A stretch of 64,000 nt of DNA from Coriobacteriales bacterium (lineage in GTDB: Bacteria > Actinomycetota > Coriobacteriia > Coriobacteriales > UBA8131): the NCBI GenBank assembly GCA_031288185.1, contig JAITRZ010000049.1, forward strand, positions 31,425-95,424, given 5' to 3'. The notes beneath the pieces are model-generated. The model was not told where the DNA came from. It searched no databases and saw only the letters and a program-made list of their open reading frames with translations. This document shows positions 55,980 through 64,000 of the stretch, piece by piece. The position numbers and the translations under genes were made by a program. Position 1 is the first letter of the stretch. The number at the start of each line of letters is the position of its first letter.

Positions 55980-57206
55980 TTAGGCAAAACGCAGCATCCA
56001 TTCATTATAAAAGCCCTGAAAACCGCCGGCCAGTATAGCCTTACGGGCGCGACGGGTCAGTTCCAGGAGAAAGTGCAGGTTGTGTGTACTCAGCAGCACA
56101 GAAGCGCTCACTTCTTTGCTGATCACCAGATGGTGCACATAGGCACGGCTGTAGGTTTGACAAACCTCGCAGTCACAGCGCTCATCCAAGGGTCCAAAAT
56201 CGCGAGCAAAGCGGGAATTGCGCAGATTTAGTCGACCCGTATGGGTGAAGGCCGAGCCAAAACGGGCGCTTCGCGTGGGCAACACGCTGTCAAACATATC
56301 TACGCCCAGACCTACGGCCGAAAGGACGCTTTTTGGATCGCCGACTCCCATCAGATAGCGCGGCCGGTCGCGGGGCAACAGAGGTACCACATCTGCTAAG
56401 CTCTCTAGCATTAAGTCCAGGGGCTCACCCACTGAATATCCGCCTATGCCAAAGCCAGCAAACTCGCCACATTCGTTTTGGGCCTCTAGTAACAGGGTGA
56501 CGCTTTTGTGCCTGAGATCGCCAAGGAGGCCGCCCTGCACAATGGCAAACAGGCCCTGGCTGGGGTTTTGATGAGCAACACGGCAGCGCCGCGCCCAGGC
56601 AGCAGAGCGCTCAACCGCCACATCGATCACGTCCCGTTTGGCCGTATAAGGTGAACAGACATCCAGCTGCATGATGATGTCAGCTCCCAGCAGTTCCTGG
56701 ATACGCATATTTTCCTCTGGTGTCCAACGATGCGCTGAACCATCAAGTATCGACTTAAAACTGACGCCATCCGCATCCAGCTTAAAAGTGTCGCGGAGGC
56801 TGAAAACCTGAAAGCCGCCTGAGTCAGTGAGTAAGGGGCGTTCATAACCCATAAAACGATGCAGACCGCCAGCAGCTGCTACCACCTCGGTGCCGGGGCG
56901 CAGGTACAGATGGTAGGCGTTGGCCAAAACTACCTCAGCGCCCAGCTCAAGCAGCTGAGCGGCGGTGATTCCCTTGACGCTGGCGCGGGTGCCAACCGGC
57001 ATAAAGGTTGGCGTAGTGACTAGGCCATGCGGGGTAGCAAGCCAGCCCGCGCGGGCCGCTGTTTGTGAGTCTACAGCTGCTAGTCCAAAGGCAAAATTCT
57101 CCGTTGGGGATTGGATTTCGGGTGCTTGGGTGTGGGCTTCTTTGGGCAGCACGCCTCTATCCGGCTGCAACCTGGCAAAAGGGACGGTTGGGGGGATGGT
57201 TTTCAC
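55980..57206 (-). CDS. tgt: queuine tRNA-ribosyltransferase
   Basis: TPTFMPVGT, DSGGFQ, zinc site CDCEVC...H. GTG 57206 chosen (GAGGAG RBS 9 nt upstream, downstream of the queA stop). The ORF itself opens at 57359. Confidence 0.85.
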   Translation of the reverse strand: MKTIPPTVPFARLQPDRGVLPKEAHTQAPEIQSPTENFAFGLAAVDSQTAARAGWLATPHGLVTTPTFMPVGTRASVKGITAAQLLELGAEVVLANAYHLYLRPGTEVVAAAGGLHRFMGYERPLLTDSGGFQVFSLRDTFKLDADGVSFKSILDGSAHRWTPEENMRIQELLGADIIMQLDVCSPYTAKRDVIDVAVERSAAWARRCRVAHQNPSQGLFAIVQGGLLGDLRHKSVTLLLEAQNECGEFAGFGIGGYSVGEPLDLMLESLADVVPLLPRDRPRYLMGVGDPKSVLSAVGLGVDMFDSVLPTRSARFGSAFTHTGRLNLRNSRFARDFGPLDERCDCEVCQTYSRAYVHHLVISKEVSASVLLSTHNLHFLLELTRRARKAILAGGFQGFYNEWMLRFA

Positions 57207-57258
57207 AAATAATAACTCCTCGCGTTTGGGTTGTGAGCATCTAACAGCAGGCAGCGAT

Positions 57259-58407
57259 TCACTGCGGCTTTGAAGATTGCGGCATTGCGGATGGACTTCT
57301 AAGAACCAACATGGCATCGCCAAAGGACAAAAAACGATAGCGGCAGCGAATAGCCTCACGGTAGGCCGCCATCAGATGTGCATGGCCAATCAGGGCGCTA
57401 GCGAGCATCAAAAGGCTGGAGCGTGGACTGTGGAAATTGGTAATTAATCCATCAATAACATTGAAGTGGAATCCCGGTGTGATGAACAGTTCCGTACGCG
57501 CGCGCGTTGCCGGAAGCAGTTGTTTGCTGGCAGGGTCAAAGGCGCTTTCCAAGGCACGCACGCTGGTTGTTCCAACAGCTATCACCCTTCCGCCGCTTGT
57601 TTGAGCGCGGGTTACCGCTGCGGCCAATGTGGTGTCCAAACTATAAAACTCGCTGTGCATCCGATGCTCGCTGATGCGCTCTGCGCGAACCGGGCGAAAG
57701 GTGTCCAGTCCAATCTGTAGGTTCAGCCATCCAAAGTTGACACCAGCAGCTGACAGTTCATTGAGCAGCTGCTGAGAGAAATGCAGGCCGGCGGTGGGAG
57801 CGGCGGCGGAGTTCTCACAACGGGCGTAGACAGTCTGATACAGGCTATAGTCGCCTTGAAAATTAGTGATGTAGGGGGGAAGCGGCAGCCTGCCAAGCCG
57901 GTGCAGGGCCGCATCCACGCTCTCATTGCCCTGGCCGCACAAGGCTACGCGACGCACACCCCCGGCTTCGTGTTCATTTCCGCTTAGAATCTGGGCGCTG
58001 AGGCCGCCAAAGTCCAGGCAGGCTTTTGGTTTCAGACGTCTGCCCGGCCTAAGCAGGGCCTCCCAGACCTGTTCGTATGCAGAATCAGCGCACTGGCTAA
58101 CGCCGTCCTGACGCGCGCACTGGCTAACACGGTCATCGCGCGCGTCAAGACGGCGCAGCAATAATAACTCTACCTGAGCGCCACTGCCAACCCTGTGTCC
58201 CACCAGGCGGGCCGGCAGTACTCTGGTGTCATTAAACACCAACAGATCGCCGGGACGCAGAAAGGCGCCAAGCTGCCAAAAAGAGCGATGCAGTGGCTGT
58301 CTAGAACCATTTTCAAGCACTAAAAGCCGGCAACTCTCCCGTGGTTGGGCGGGGCTTTGAGCAATCAGCTCGGTTGGTAGTGGGTAGTCAAAATCTGCAG
58401 TTAGCAT
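57259..58407 (-). CDS. queA: S-adenosylmethionine:tRNA ribosyltransferase-isomerase
   Basis: N-terminal FDYPLPTELIAQ, LPLPPYI, AVGTTSVRALES. Confidence 0.9.
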   Translation of the reverse strand: MLTADFDYPLPTELIAQSPAQPRESCRLLVLENGSRQPLHRSFWQLGAFLRPGDLLVFNDTRVLPARLVGHRVGSGAQVELLLLRRLDARDDRVSQCARQDGVSQCADSAYEQVWEALLRPGRRLKPKACLDFGGLSAQILSGNEHEAGGVRRVALCGQGNESVDAALHRLGRLPLPPYITNFQGDYSLYQTVYARCENSAAAPTAGLHFSQQLLNELSAAGVNFGWLNLQIGLDTFRPVRAERISEHRMHSEFYSLDTTLAAAVTRAQTSGGRVIAVGTTSVRALESAFDPASKQLLPATRARTELFITPGFHFNVIDGLITNFHSPRSSLLMLASALIGHAHLMAAYREAIRCRYRFLSFGDAMLVLRSPSAMPQSSKPQ

Positions 58408-59117
58408 AGCTTGGATTCCGCATGGTCGTCTAGAAAGGTTAGGGTTTGACTATCCGCTGACGGGGAGTGAGTGGAGGTGCCTGCGCGCCGGTTCTGGCGT
58501 TGCGCTTTGCGAGCGGCGCGCTCCAGATTGGCTTCGGTCTGCGAGTAGGCACAGCCGCAGTAATTTTGGCGATAGAGGCCCAGGGCACGGGTTCTGCGGT
58601 TAGCCTCAGAAAAACGGGGACGCCAATCAGTGTAATAAACCTCTTTGCCAGCCGCAACGGCTGCATCAGCCAGTTGCAATTGTACGTGTTCATGAAACTG
58701 ATAGGGGGAAAGTAGTAAAGTGCTAGAAATATAAGCAAATCCCTGTTCACGCGCCATCTCGCTTGTCCGTTGCATCCTCAGTTGGTAGCAGGCCGTACAG
58801 CGCTCAAGGCGCGCTTGCCGGTTTAGATCAAAATCAGCGTCGCCCACAATCAAGGGAAAAGGGCCACCCCGGTTGCCCACCATCTCAATCCATAACTCTG
58901 CATCAGCGCTGTTGACCAACAGCTCCCCACCTACCTGCTGGCAATAGCTTTTTAGTGCGCACAGACGCCTATCATGCTCCTGGCGGGGCTGAATGTTTGG
59001 ATTGTAGAAGAAGACTGTCGGCTGCCAATTAGCCTGTCTTAGCAATTCCAGGGGTAGCAGCGTGCAGGGCGCGCAACAGCTATGCAAAAGCAGGGTTGAC
59101 ACAAAGACGGGCTCCAA
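58401..59117 (-). CDS. queH: epoxyqueuosine reductase QueH (DUF208)
   Basis: LLLHSCCAPC Cys motif plus later CxxC/CGC cysteines. Forms a queH-queA-tgt operon. Start codon uncertain (TTG 59117 or GTG 59102). Confidence 0.8.
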   Translation of the reverse strand: MEPVFVSTLLLHSCCAPCTLLPLELLRQANWQPTVFFYNPNIQPRQEHDRRLCALKSYCQQVGGELLVNSADAELWIEMVGNRGGPFPLIVGDADFDLNRQARLERCTACYQLRMQRTSEMAREQGFAYISSTLLLSPYQFHEHVQLQLADAAVAAGKEVYYTDWRPRFSEANRRTRALGLYRQNYCGCAYSQTEANLERAARKAQRQNRRAGTSTHSPSADSQTLTFLDDHAESKLC

Positions 59118-59230
59118 AGGTAGAACGTGCGCGAAATCAATCGGGTTATCTTACACCATTCCAGGCTCTGGACTTGCGGGGTATTGCTCGGCCTGTCGCC
59201 TTTACGGCCGTTGGCGCTCAGGGGTTGCGG

Positions 59231-59260
59231 AAAATAAAAGGACGGCTTAGAAAGCCGTCC
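59231..59260 (-). terminator. rho-independent terminator downstream of cspA
   Basis: 9-bp stem ggacggctt/aagccgtcc with a 3-nt loop, followed on the minus-strand transcript by UUUUAUUUU. Confidence 0.75.
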
Positions 59261-59284
59261 CCATTAAGTGATTTGCGATTGCTT

Positions 59285-59488
59285 TCAGAGCTTGCGCACG
59301 TTGCTGGCCTGGAGTTTGCCGTTTTGCCCGGTGGTAACATCAAACTCTACAAGGGCATCTTCTTCCAGGGTCTTGAAGCCATCTGATTGAATCTCAGAGT
59401 AGTGGACAAACAGATCGTCGCCATCTTCTCTATAGATGAATCCATAACCCTTGTCGGCATTAAACCACTTAACCTTACCTTCAGCCAT
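59285..59488 (-). CDS. cspA: cold-shock protein (CspA family)
   Basis: [15 protein letters not shown] (RNP1) and DLFVHYS (RNP2). GAAAGG RBS. Confidence 0.9.
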   Translation of the reverse strand: MAEGKVKWFNADKGYGFIYREDGDDLFVHYSEIQSDGFKTLEEDALVEFDVTTGQNGKLQASNVRKL

Positions 59489-59769
59489 GACTTGCCTTTC
59501 TGCTAAGCCCGCTTTCGCGGACAAATACAAGCGACCTGATAGCCTGCCGCGCTATCTTCATCGCCAAACTGACAGGCCGTTAAACGACCCAGACCAAGTC
59601 TAGCACAACAGAAACAAGATATTTGCAAAAACTCAACACTTTCTGCGAATTTGCGCTGAAGAGCCGTGCAAAAAGCGTCTAAAAGGATGCGTGACCGGCA
59701 GAAATAGCCAGAAAGAGGCCCGCTCTACCAAATAGCATACCAATGCTGTACTTTTGAATATGGCAGCCT

Positions 59770-59799
59770 TAAGACGACGTAAGACGGCCTAAGACGGCC
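59770..59799 (-). repeat. three tandem 10-bp units spanning the coaD stop codon
   Basis: taagacgacg / taagacggcc / taagacggcc. The coaD stop (cta at 59789-59791) straddles units 2 and 3. Confidence 0.8.
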
Positions 59800-60277
59800 T
59801 CAATTTTTTGCGCAGGGCCTCTTGAACCGGTTCTGTTACCCAACCAGAAATATCGCCACCAAGAGAAGCGATTTCTTTAACCATCGACGACGACAGGTAC
59901 ATATGCTGGGGCGTGGCCATGATAAACACGGTTTCCAGATCTGGTTTGAGATGGTAGTTTAGTGAGGCCTGTTGAAATTCTGATTCAAAGTCTGTGACAG
60001 CTCGCAAACCTTTAACAATAGCATCGGCATTGATTGCACTCGCAAAGTCTACCAGCAAACCGGTAAAGGAAACCACTTCGACATTGTTCAGGTGAGCGAC
60101 AGCCAAAGTTGCAAATTTCAGGCGTTCAGCCAGCGAAAACAGCGGGCCGCCGCCCTTTTTCGCAGAGGCTGCCACGCCCACATAGATGTACCTGAAAATC
60201 TGAGCGGAGCGTTCGATAACGTCCAAGTGACCCAGGGTAATAGGGTCATAGGTACCAGGGATCAAAGCTACAGGCAT
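59789..60277 (-). CDS. coaD: phosphopantetheine adenylyltransferase
   Basis: PGTYDPITLGHLDVI (T/HxGH nucleotidyltransferase motif). 162 aa. Confidence 0.9.
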   Translation of the reverse strand: MPVALIPGTYDPITLGHLDVIERSAQIFRYIYVGVAASAKKGGGPLFSLAERLKFATLAVAHLNNVEVVSFTGLLVDFASAINADAIVKGLRAVTDFESEFQQASLNYHLKPDLETVFIMATPQHMYLSSSMVKEIASLGGDISGWVTEPVQEALRKKLRPS

Positions 60278-60377
60278 ATTATCGTTCCTTCGCGAAAAAA
60301 CGGTGGGACATAACGGCGGGTCTCACTCATAAAAAGCAGACACCAGAAAGCAAAACCTCGATATGAGCCCCGCAATC

Positions 60378-60977
60378 CTAGTGGCAACGGTAATAATCCA
60401 AGTGAATCCTACCGTAACTCTTACTTAGTGCCAAGTGCAGGGCCGCCGGTGAACAGGCTGAACAAAGCACCAGGCCGTCCAATGCCGCTGGTTTTCGACC
60501 ATCGTGCTCATAACTGATAAGGGTCTGATTGCGCACATAGCCAGCACGACCCAGACCGCGCAACAATCCTTTAACCTTCTCAGGGCTCAGATCATAGGGG
60601 GGATCCAAAATGACGACATCCAAAGGCGACGCGCCCTTTAAGCGCTTTAGCAGATCCGCAGAAAAACTATCCAGCTTGGCGATTGGCGCCACATCAGAAG
60701 CAAGCCCCAAAGCTGCAAGGTTCTGGCGCAAAGCGACCAAAGACGCGCCGTCCCACTCACAAAACAGACAGTAAGATGCTCCTCTTGATAGCAATTCAAT
60801 GCCCAGGGCACCGCTTCCGGCAAAGGCATCCAAGACCCTGAGTCCTTCCAGCCCTCCGCTCAGGCTGCCCAGACTGGAAGCCCAGGCTTCCTTGACACGG
60901 TTGGTAGTTGGACGTAGGTTCGCGGTGGACGCCGCTGCCAACTGTCGTCCCTTAAAGCTGCCGGCTATCACGCGCAT
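60378..60977 (-). CDS. rsmD: 16S rRNA (guanine966-N2)-methyltransferase RsmD
   Basis: VLDAFAGSGALGIE SAM motif and DPPY. Overlaps the recG end. Confidence 0.85.
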   Translation of the reverse strand: MRVIAGSFKGRQLAAASTANLRPTTNRVKEAWASSLGSLSGGLEGLRVLDAFAGSGALGIELLSRGASYCLFCEWDGASLVALRQNLAALGLASDVAPIAKLDSFSADLLKRLKGASPLDVVILDPPYDLSPEKVKGLLRGLGRAGYVRNQTLISYEHDGRKPAALDGLVLCSACSPAALHLALSKSYGRIHLDYYRCH

Positions 60978-63355
60978 TGCCGGTCTCCGATGCTGGGTGG
61001 ATCTTCATCGTCAGGCGGATATATCACGTTTAGTTCATAACGCATGTGCTGATGTTCAGAGGCCGAAAGCATAGGGTCAGCAGCCAACAACTCACGCACA
61101 TCAGCCTGAGCCGCCACGATGACGTGGGCATCTCTCACTACATTGGTCAGGCGCAGAAGACCTTTTCCATGTTGACGGATGCCAATGATATCGCCCTCCC
61201 GGCGCAGGCGCAGGTCTGCTTCTGCCAGCTTGAGCCCATCGGTGGTATGTTCCAAAAGAGCCAGTCGCTCACGGGCCTGAGATGAACGGGTTTGCGAGAT
61301 CATGAATACCTGTGCGTCCACCTGACCTCTCCCCACCCGACCGCGCAGTTGGTGAAGCTGTGCCAGGCCAAAACGATCAGCATCCTCTATCAACATCACG
61401 GTGGCGTTAGGAACATCCACCCCTACCTCAATAACGGTCGTAGACACCAGAATGTCAATTGCGCCGGCCCGAAAGTTTTCCATGACCTGTTTTTTTTGTT
61501 CTGCTGGCAGCCGTGAGGTGAGCAGAGCCAGATGGCGATCAGGAAAAACGCGGGTTTGCAGATACTCTAACTCCTCCTCCGCCGCCGCGACATGCTGGCC
61601 ATCATCAAAATCAAACAGGTTATCGATCAAAGGTTCCCCAACATCTTCATTGGCCCAGTTGGTCTTTGCTGCTGATGCAGCGGGACGCCGGACACGGGTA
61701 GACGAAGCGCGGGGTGAGGCGCTTTTCCCAGAACCTTCCCCCGGAGGGCTGATAGTTGGACAGACGATATAGGCCTGCTGGCCGGCCGTCAGCGCCTCTT
61801 TGAGCGCGGTGTAGGCAAGCGGCTTTTCTGAGGTACGCAAAATTTGTGTGCGAATCCGGGCGGGCATCGGCCGGCTGTCCAGATAGCTGGTCTGCACGTC
61901 GCCATATACCACCAGAGCAAGTGATCGAGGAATGGGCGTAGCGGTCATGCTTAGAAAGTCACAGCCCACACTTTTTTCCAGCAGCTGCTCCCGATGCCTT
62001 ACGCCAAAGCGTTGCTGCTCGTCTATGACGGCCAGGGACAGGCGTTGAAAACTGACATCGTCTTCCAATAGGGCATGGGTGCCAAACAGAATGCTCAAAG
62101 AACCATTGGCCAGCTTTGCAAGCAACCGTTTGCGCTCCCGAACCGGCGTAGAGGACGTCAGAAGAGCCCAACTGATCTGGGCGCTGTCCAACAACGGACC
62201 CAGGCCAGTGGCAAACTGTTGGGCCAGAACCTCGGTAGGCGCCATCATAGCGGCCTGCCAACCGCTATCAGCTACCGCTGCCAAGGCTAGACCGGCAACG
62301 ATGGTTTTACCAGAGCCAACGTCGCCCAGCAACATACGATCCATCTTGCGCCCCGCAGCCATATCCGCGAGTATCTCGCTGGCGGCGCGATGTTGACTAA
62401 CCGTCAATTCAAAGGGCAGGGCGGCTTTGAGGCGCGCCAGGCGCTGGCCGGAAACGGTATGAACAAAGACTTCATCGGTCTGTTGCTGGGCCAGACGTCG
62501 CCAGGCCAGGCTCAGTTGCAGCCAGAACACTTCCTCATAGATAAGACGACGCCGTGCCTCAGTCAAAGCTCGGCGATTCTGAGGAAAATGAATCTGTCGC
62601 CAAGCGCTTTGGCGACTGATGAGTTGATGTTTCAGGCGCAGATCAACCGGCAGTGGATCCAATGGCATCGGTACCCGCCTTTGCACCTCAATCTGCAGGC
62701 GACGTATCCAGTTTGAGGTAAGGTTACCGCTGGAATGATAGACGCCGGCAAGTCCACAGGGTAAGACAGCACGAGGCTCCCTGACACTTGTATTAGAAGG
62801 GTCGATTGCCAAAGAAACGGGGCGGGCTGTTGCGTTATCCGCGCCATCGGTCACCTCTTTTGGGCCGCTTGCACTGGCAGGCGCAGAACCGGCCACCCTT
62901 GAGCGAGCAGGGTCACCCTGGGCTTCATCCTCCACCAGCGCGTACAGCGGCCCGCTAAGGGTCTTAAAGCCGTTGTAGTGCTCAAGTTTTCCCAACAAGA
63001 GCAACCGGTCTCCCACACTAAATTGGTCAGAAAGCCAGGACTGATTAAACCAGACTGCCTTTATAACGCCACTGCCATCAAACACAAAGGCTTCCAGCAG
63101 CATGCCTCCCTTAGCCGTTTTACGCTCAGTGAGCCGATCAATGCGACCAAGAATAGATACCTGCTGCCCCACGGTGGCCTCGGCGATTGAGGTGAGGTTG
63201 GTGAAATCGTTATAGCGAAACGGATAGTGATTAATCAAACCGCGAATGTCAGTGATGCCCAGACAGCGCAGGGCTTGAAAACGTGGACCATAGACAAAGC
63301 GCAGTTCAGTGATTGGATACTCCAACGTGGCGGTTTGTTCGATGCGCGAACTCAT
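60968..63355 (-). CDS. recG: ATP-dependent DNA helicase RecG
   Basis: Wedge/OB N-terminus, GDVGSGKT, DEQQRFG, QLHQLRGRVGRG. Contains a low-complexity insert between the helicase lobes. Confidence 0.9.
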   Translation of the reverse strand: MSSRIEQTATLEYPITELRFVYGPRFQALRCLGITDIRGLINHYPFRYNDFTNLTSIAEATVGQQVSILGRIDRLTERKTAKGGMLLEAFVFDGSGVIKAVWFNQSWLSDQFSVGDRLLLLGKLEHYNGFKTLSGPLYALVEDEAQGDPARSRVAGSAPASASGPKEVTDGADNATARPVSLAIDPSNTSVREPRAVLPCGLAGVYHSSGNLTSNWIRRLQIEVQRRVPMPLDPLPVDLRLKHQLISRQSAWRQIHFPQNRRALTEARRRLIYEEVFWLQLSLAWRRLAQQQTDEVFVHTVSGQRLARLKAALPFELTVSQHRAASEILADMAAGRKMDRMLLGDVGSGKTIVAGLALAAVADSGWQAAMMAPTEVLAQQFATGLGPLLDSAQISWALLTSSTPVRERKRLLAKLANGSLSILFGTHALLEDDVSFQRLSLAVIDEQQRFGVRHREQLLEKSVGCDFLSMTATPIPRSLALVVYGDVQTSYLDSRPMPARIRTQILRTSEKPLAYTALKEALTAGQQAYIVCPTISPPGEGSGKSASPRASSTRVRRPAASAAKTNWANEDVGEPLIDNLFDFDDGQHVAAAEEELEYLQTRVFPDRHLALLTSRLPAEQKKQVMENFRAGAIDILVSTTVIEVGVDVPNATVMLIEDADRFGLAQLHQLRGRVGRGQVDAQVFMISQTRSSQARERLALLEHTTDGLKLAEADLRLRREGDIIGIRQHGKGLLRLTNVVRDAHVIVAAQADVRELLAADPMLSASEHQHMRYELNVIYPPDDEDPPSIGDRQCA

Positions 63356-63396
63356 GTCTTCTCGCTCCCATGGCCTCTCTGATATGGTCAGGGTGC

Positions 63397-63427
63397 GGGG
63401 AGAGGCGGCCTTTGGCCGCCTCTCCCC
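63397..63427 (-). other. perfect 14-bp GC-rich hairpin between yloV-like gene and recG
   Basis: ggggagaggcggcc-ttt-ggccgcctctcccc, 3 nt downstream of the yloV-like stop. No U-tract follows. Confidence 0.6.
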
Positions 63428-63430
63428 GCC

Positions 63431-64000
63431 TCATTCTGCGGCCATCACCAGGGGATAAAGCGGCTGTTCACCCCGATGTGCATCAATCTCCAGATCAGGA
63501 TGGGCAGTCTGAATGCGCCTGGTCACGCGCTTAAATTCAGTATCACTTAGATCCTGACCGGCCAATATCGTTAAAACATCAGCGTCCTGCGTGATCAGGC
63601 CCACCAACTCCAGCGCCACGTCCTCGACGCTTTGTCCAACCACCTCAATAGTGTCATCAGCAATACCAATAACATCGCCAGTGTGGATAACGGTACCGTC
63701 AGCGGCCCTGGCATCTTTGATGGCCGTGGTAACCTCACCGGCGCGCACCAATGCGATAGCATCTTGCATCGCTTCAACATTGGCCTGAAGCCCAGCCTGA
63801 GCATTTGCTACAAACAGGGCTGAGAAGGATTGTGGCACGCTGGTGGTTGGTACCACGGCAACCGGTTTTTCCACACTTGTAGCTGCGGCGTTGGCCGCCA
63901 TGATTACATTTTTGTTATTGGGAAAGATGATGATGGCCTCGGCATCTACCGCGTTGATGGCATCCACAAAATCACGCGTGGAAGGGTTCATCGTCTGGCC
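63431..64000 (-). CDS. DAK2-domain fusion protein YloV-like, C-terminal part (gene continues beyond the window)
   Basis: AIIIFPNNKNVIMAANAAA and the downstream region match the YloV C-terminal domain. The frame stays open to position 64000. Conserved yloV-recG neighbourhood. Confidence 0.7.
   Translation of the reverse strand, partial: GQTMNPSTRDFVDAINAVDAEAIIIFPNNKNVIMAANAAATSVEKPVAVVPTTSVPQSFSALFVANAQAGLQANVEAMQDAIALVRAGEVTTAIKDARAADGTVIHTGDVIGIADDTIEVVGQSVEDVALELVGLITQDADVLTILAGQDLSDTEFKRVTRRIQTAHPDLEIDAHRGEQPLYPLVMAAE

Noticed and set aside
59118-59230. Possible preQ1 riboswitch upstream of the queH-queA-tgt operon
   Set aside because: I could not find the conserved preQ1-I/II core sequence or pseudoknot. 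The region is short and is largely occupied by the cspA terminator. An Rfam scan would be decisive.

Overview
This 64-kb window looks like a chromosomal segment from a moderately GC-rich Gram-positive actinobacterium. The Coriobacteriia-like assignment is a guess from synteny only. Most of the window is conserved housekeeping backbone. On the + strand: rpsO-pnp-M16 peptidase-dapB-dapA-rnj. On the - strand: gltBD, uvrB-coaE, nadE-MBL-rel-recQ-like-recJ, secDF-tgt-queA-queH, cspA, and coaD-rsmD-recG-yloV.

Accessory content:
1. A complete Tad/Flp pilus locus at 1-11.9 kb (cpaB-tadZ-tadA-tadB-tadC-flp, pseudopilins, a giant TadG-like protein). It ends with a DUF192 gene and a zinc-ribbon/FHA gene, next to tRNA-Pro and a degenerate copy of that tRNA's 3' end.
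2. A three-gene operon at 33.7-36.8 kb (SPFH/SHOCT protein, double zinc-ribbon membrane protein, small membrane protein), just downstream of an IS200-type element and tRNA-Leu.
3. A BrnT/BrnA toxin-antitoxin pair whose toxin frame is intact except for two in-frame TGA codons.

Three tRNAs are present (Pro-TGG, His-GTG, Leu-CAA). I found no rRNA, CRISPR array, integrase or prophage.

One recurring feature is not explained by the annotation. Short imperfect tandem duplications (10-28 bp) start inside the last codons of a gene, include its stop codon, and continue into the 3' UTR. The clear cases are the HAD hydrolase, gltD, secF and coaD, and uvrB has a spaced rather than tandem copy.

Nothing here is demonstrably a new system. 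The best candidates for follow-up are the SPFH/zinc-ribbon operon, the stop-codon-spanning duplications, and the TGA-interrupted brnT. All functional calls rest on motifs read by eye, and no database search was possible.
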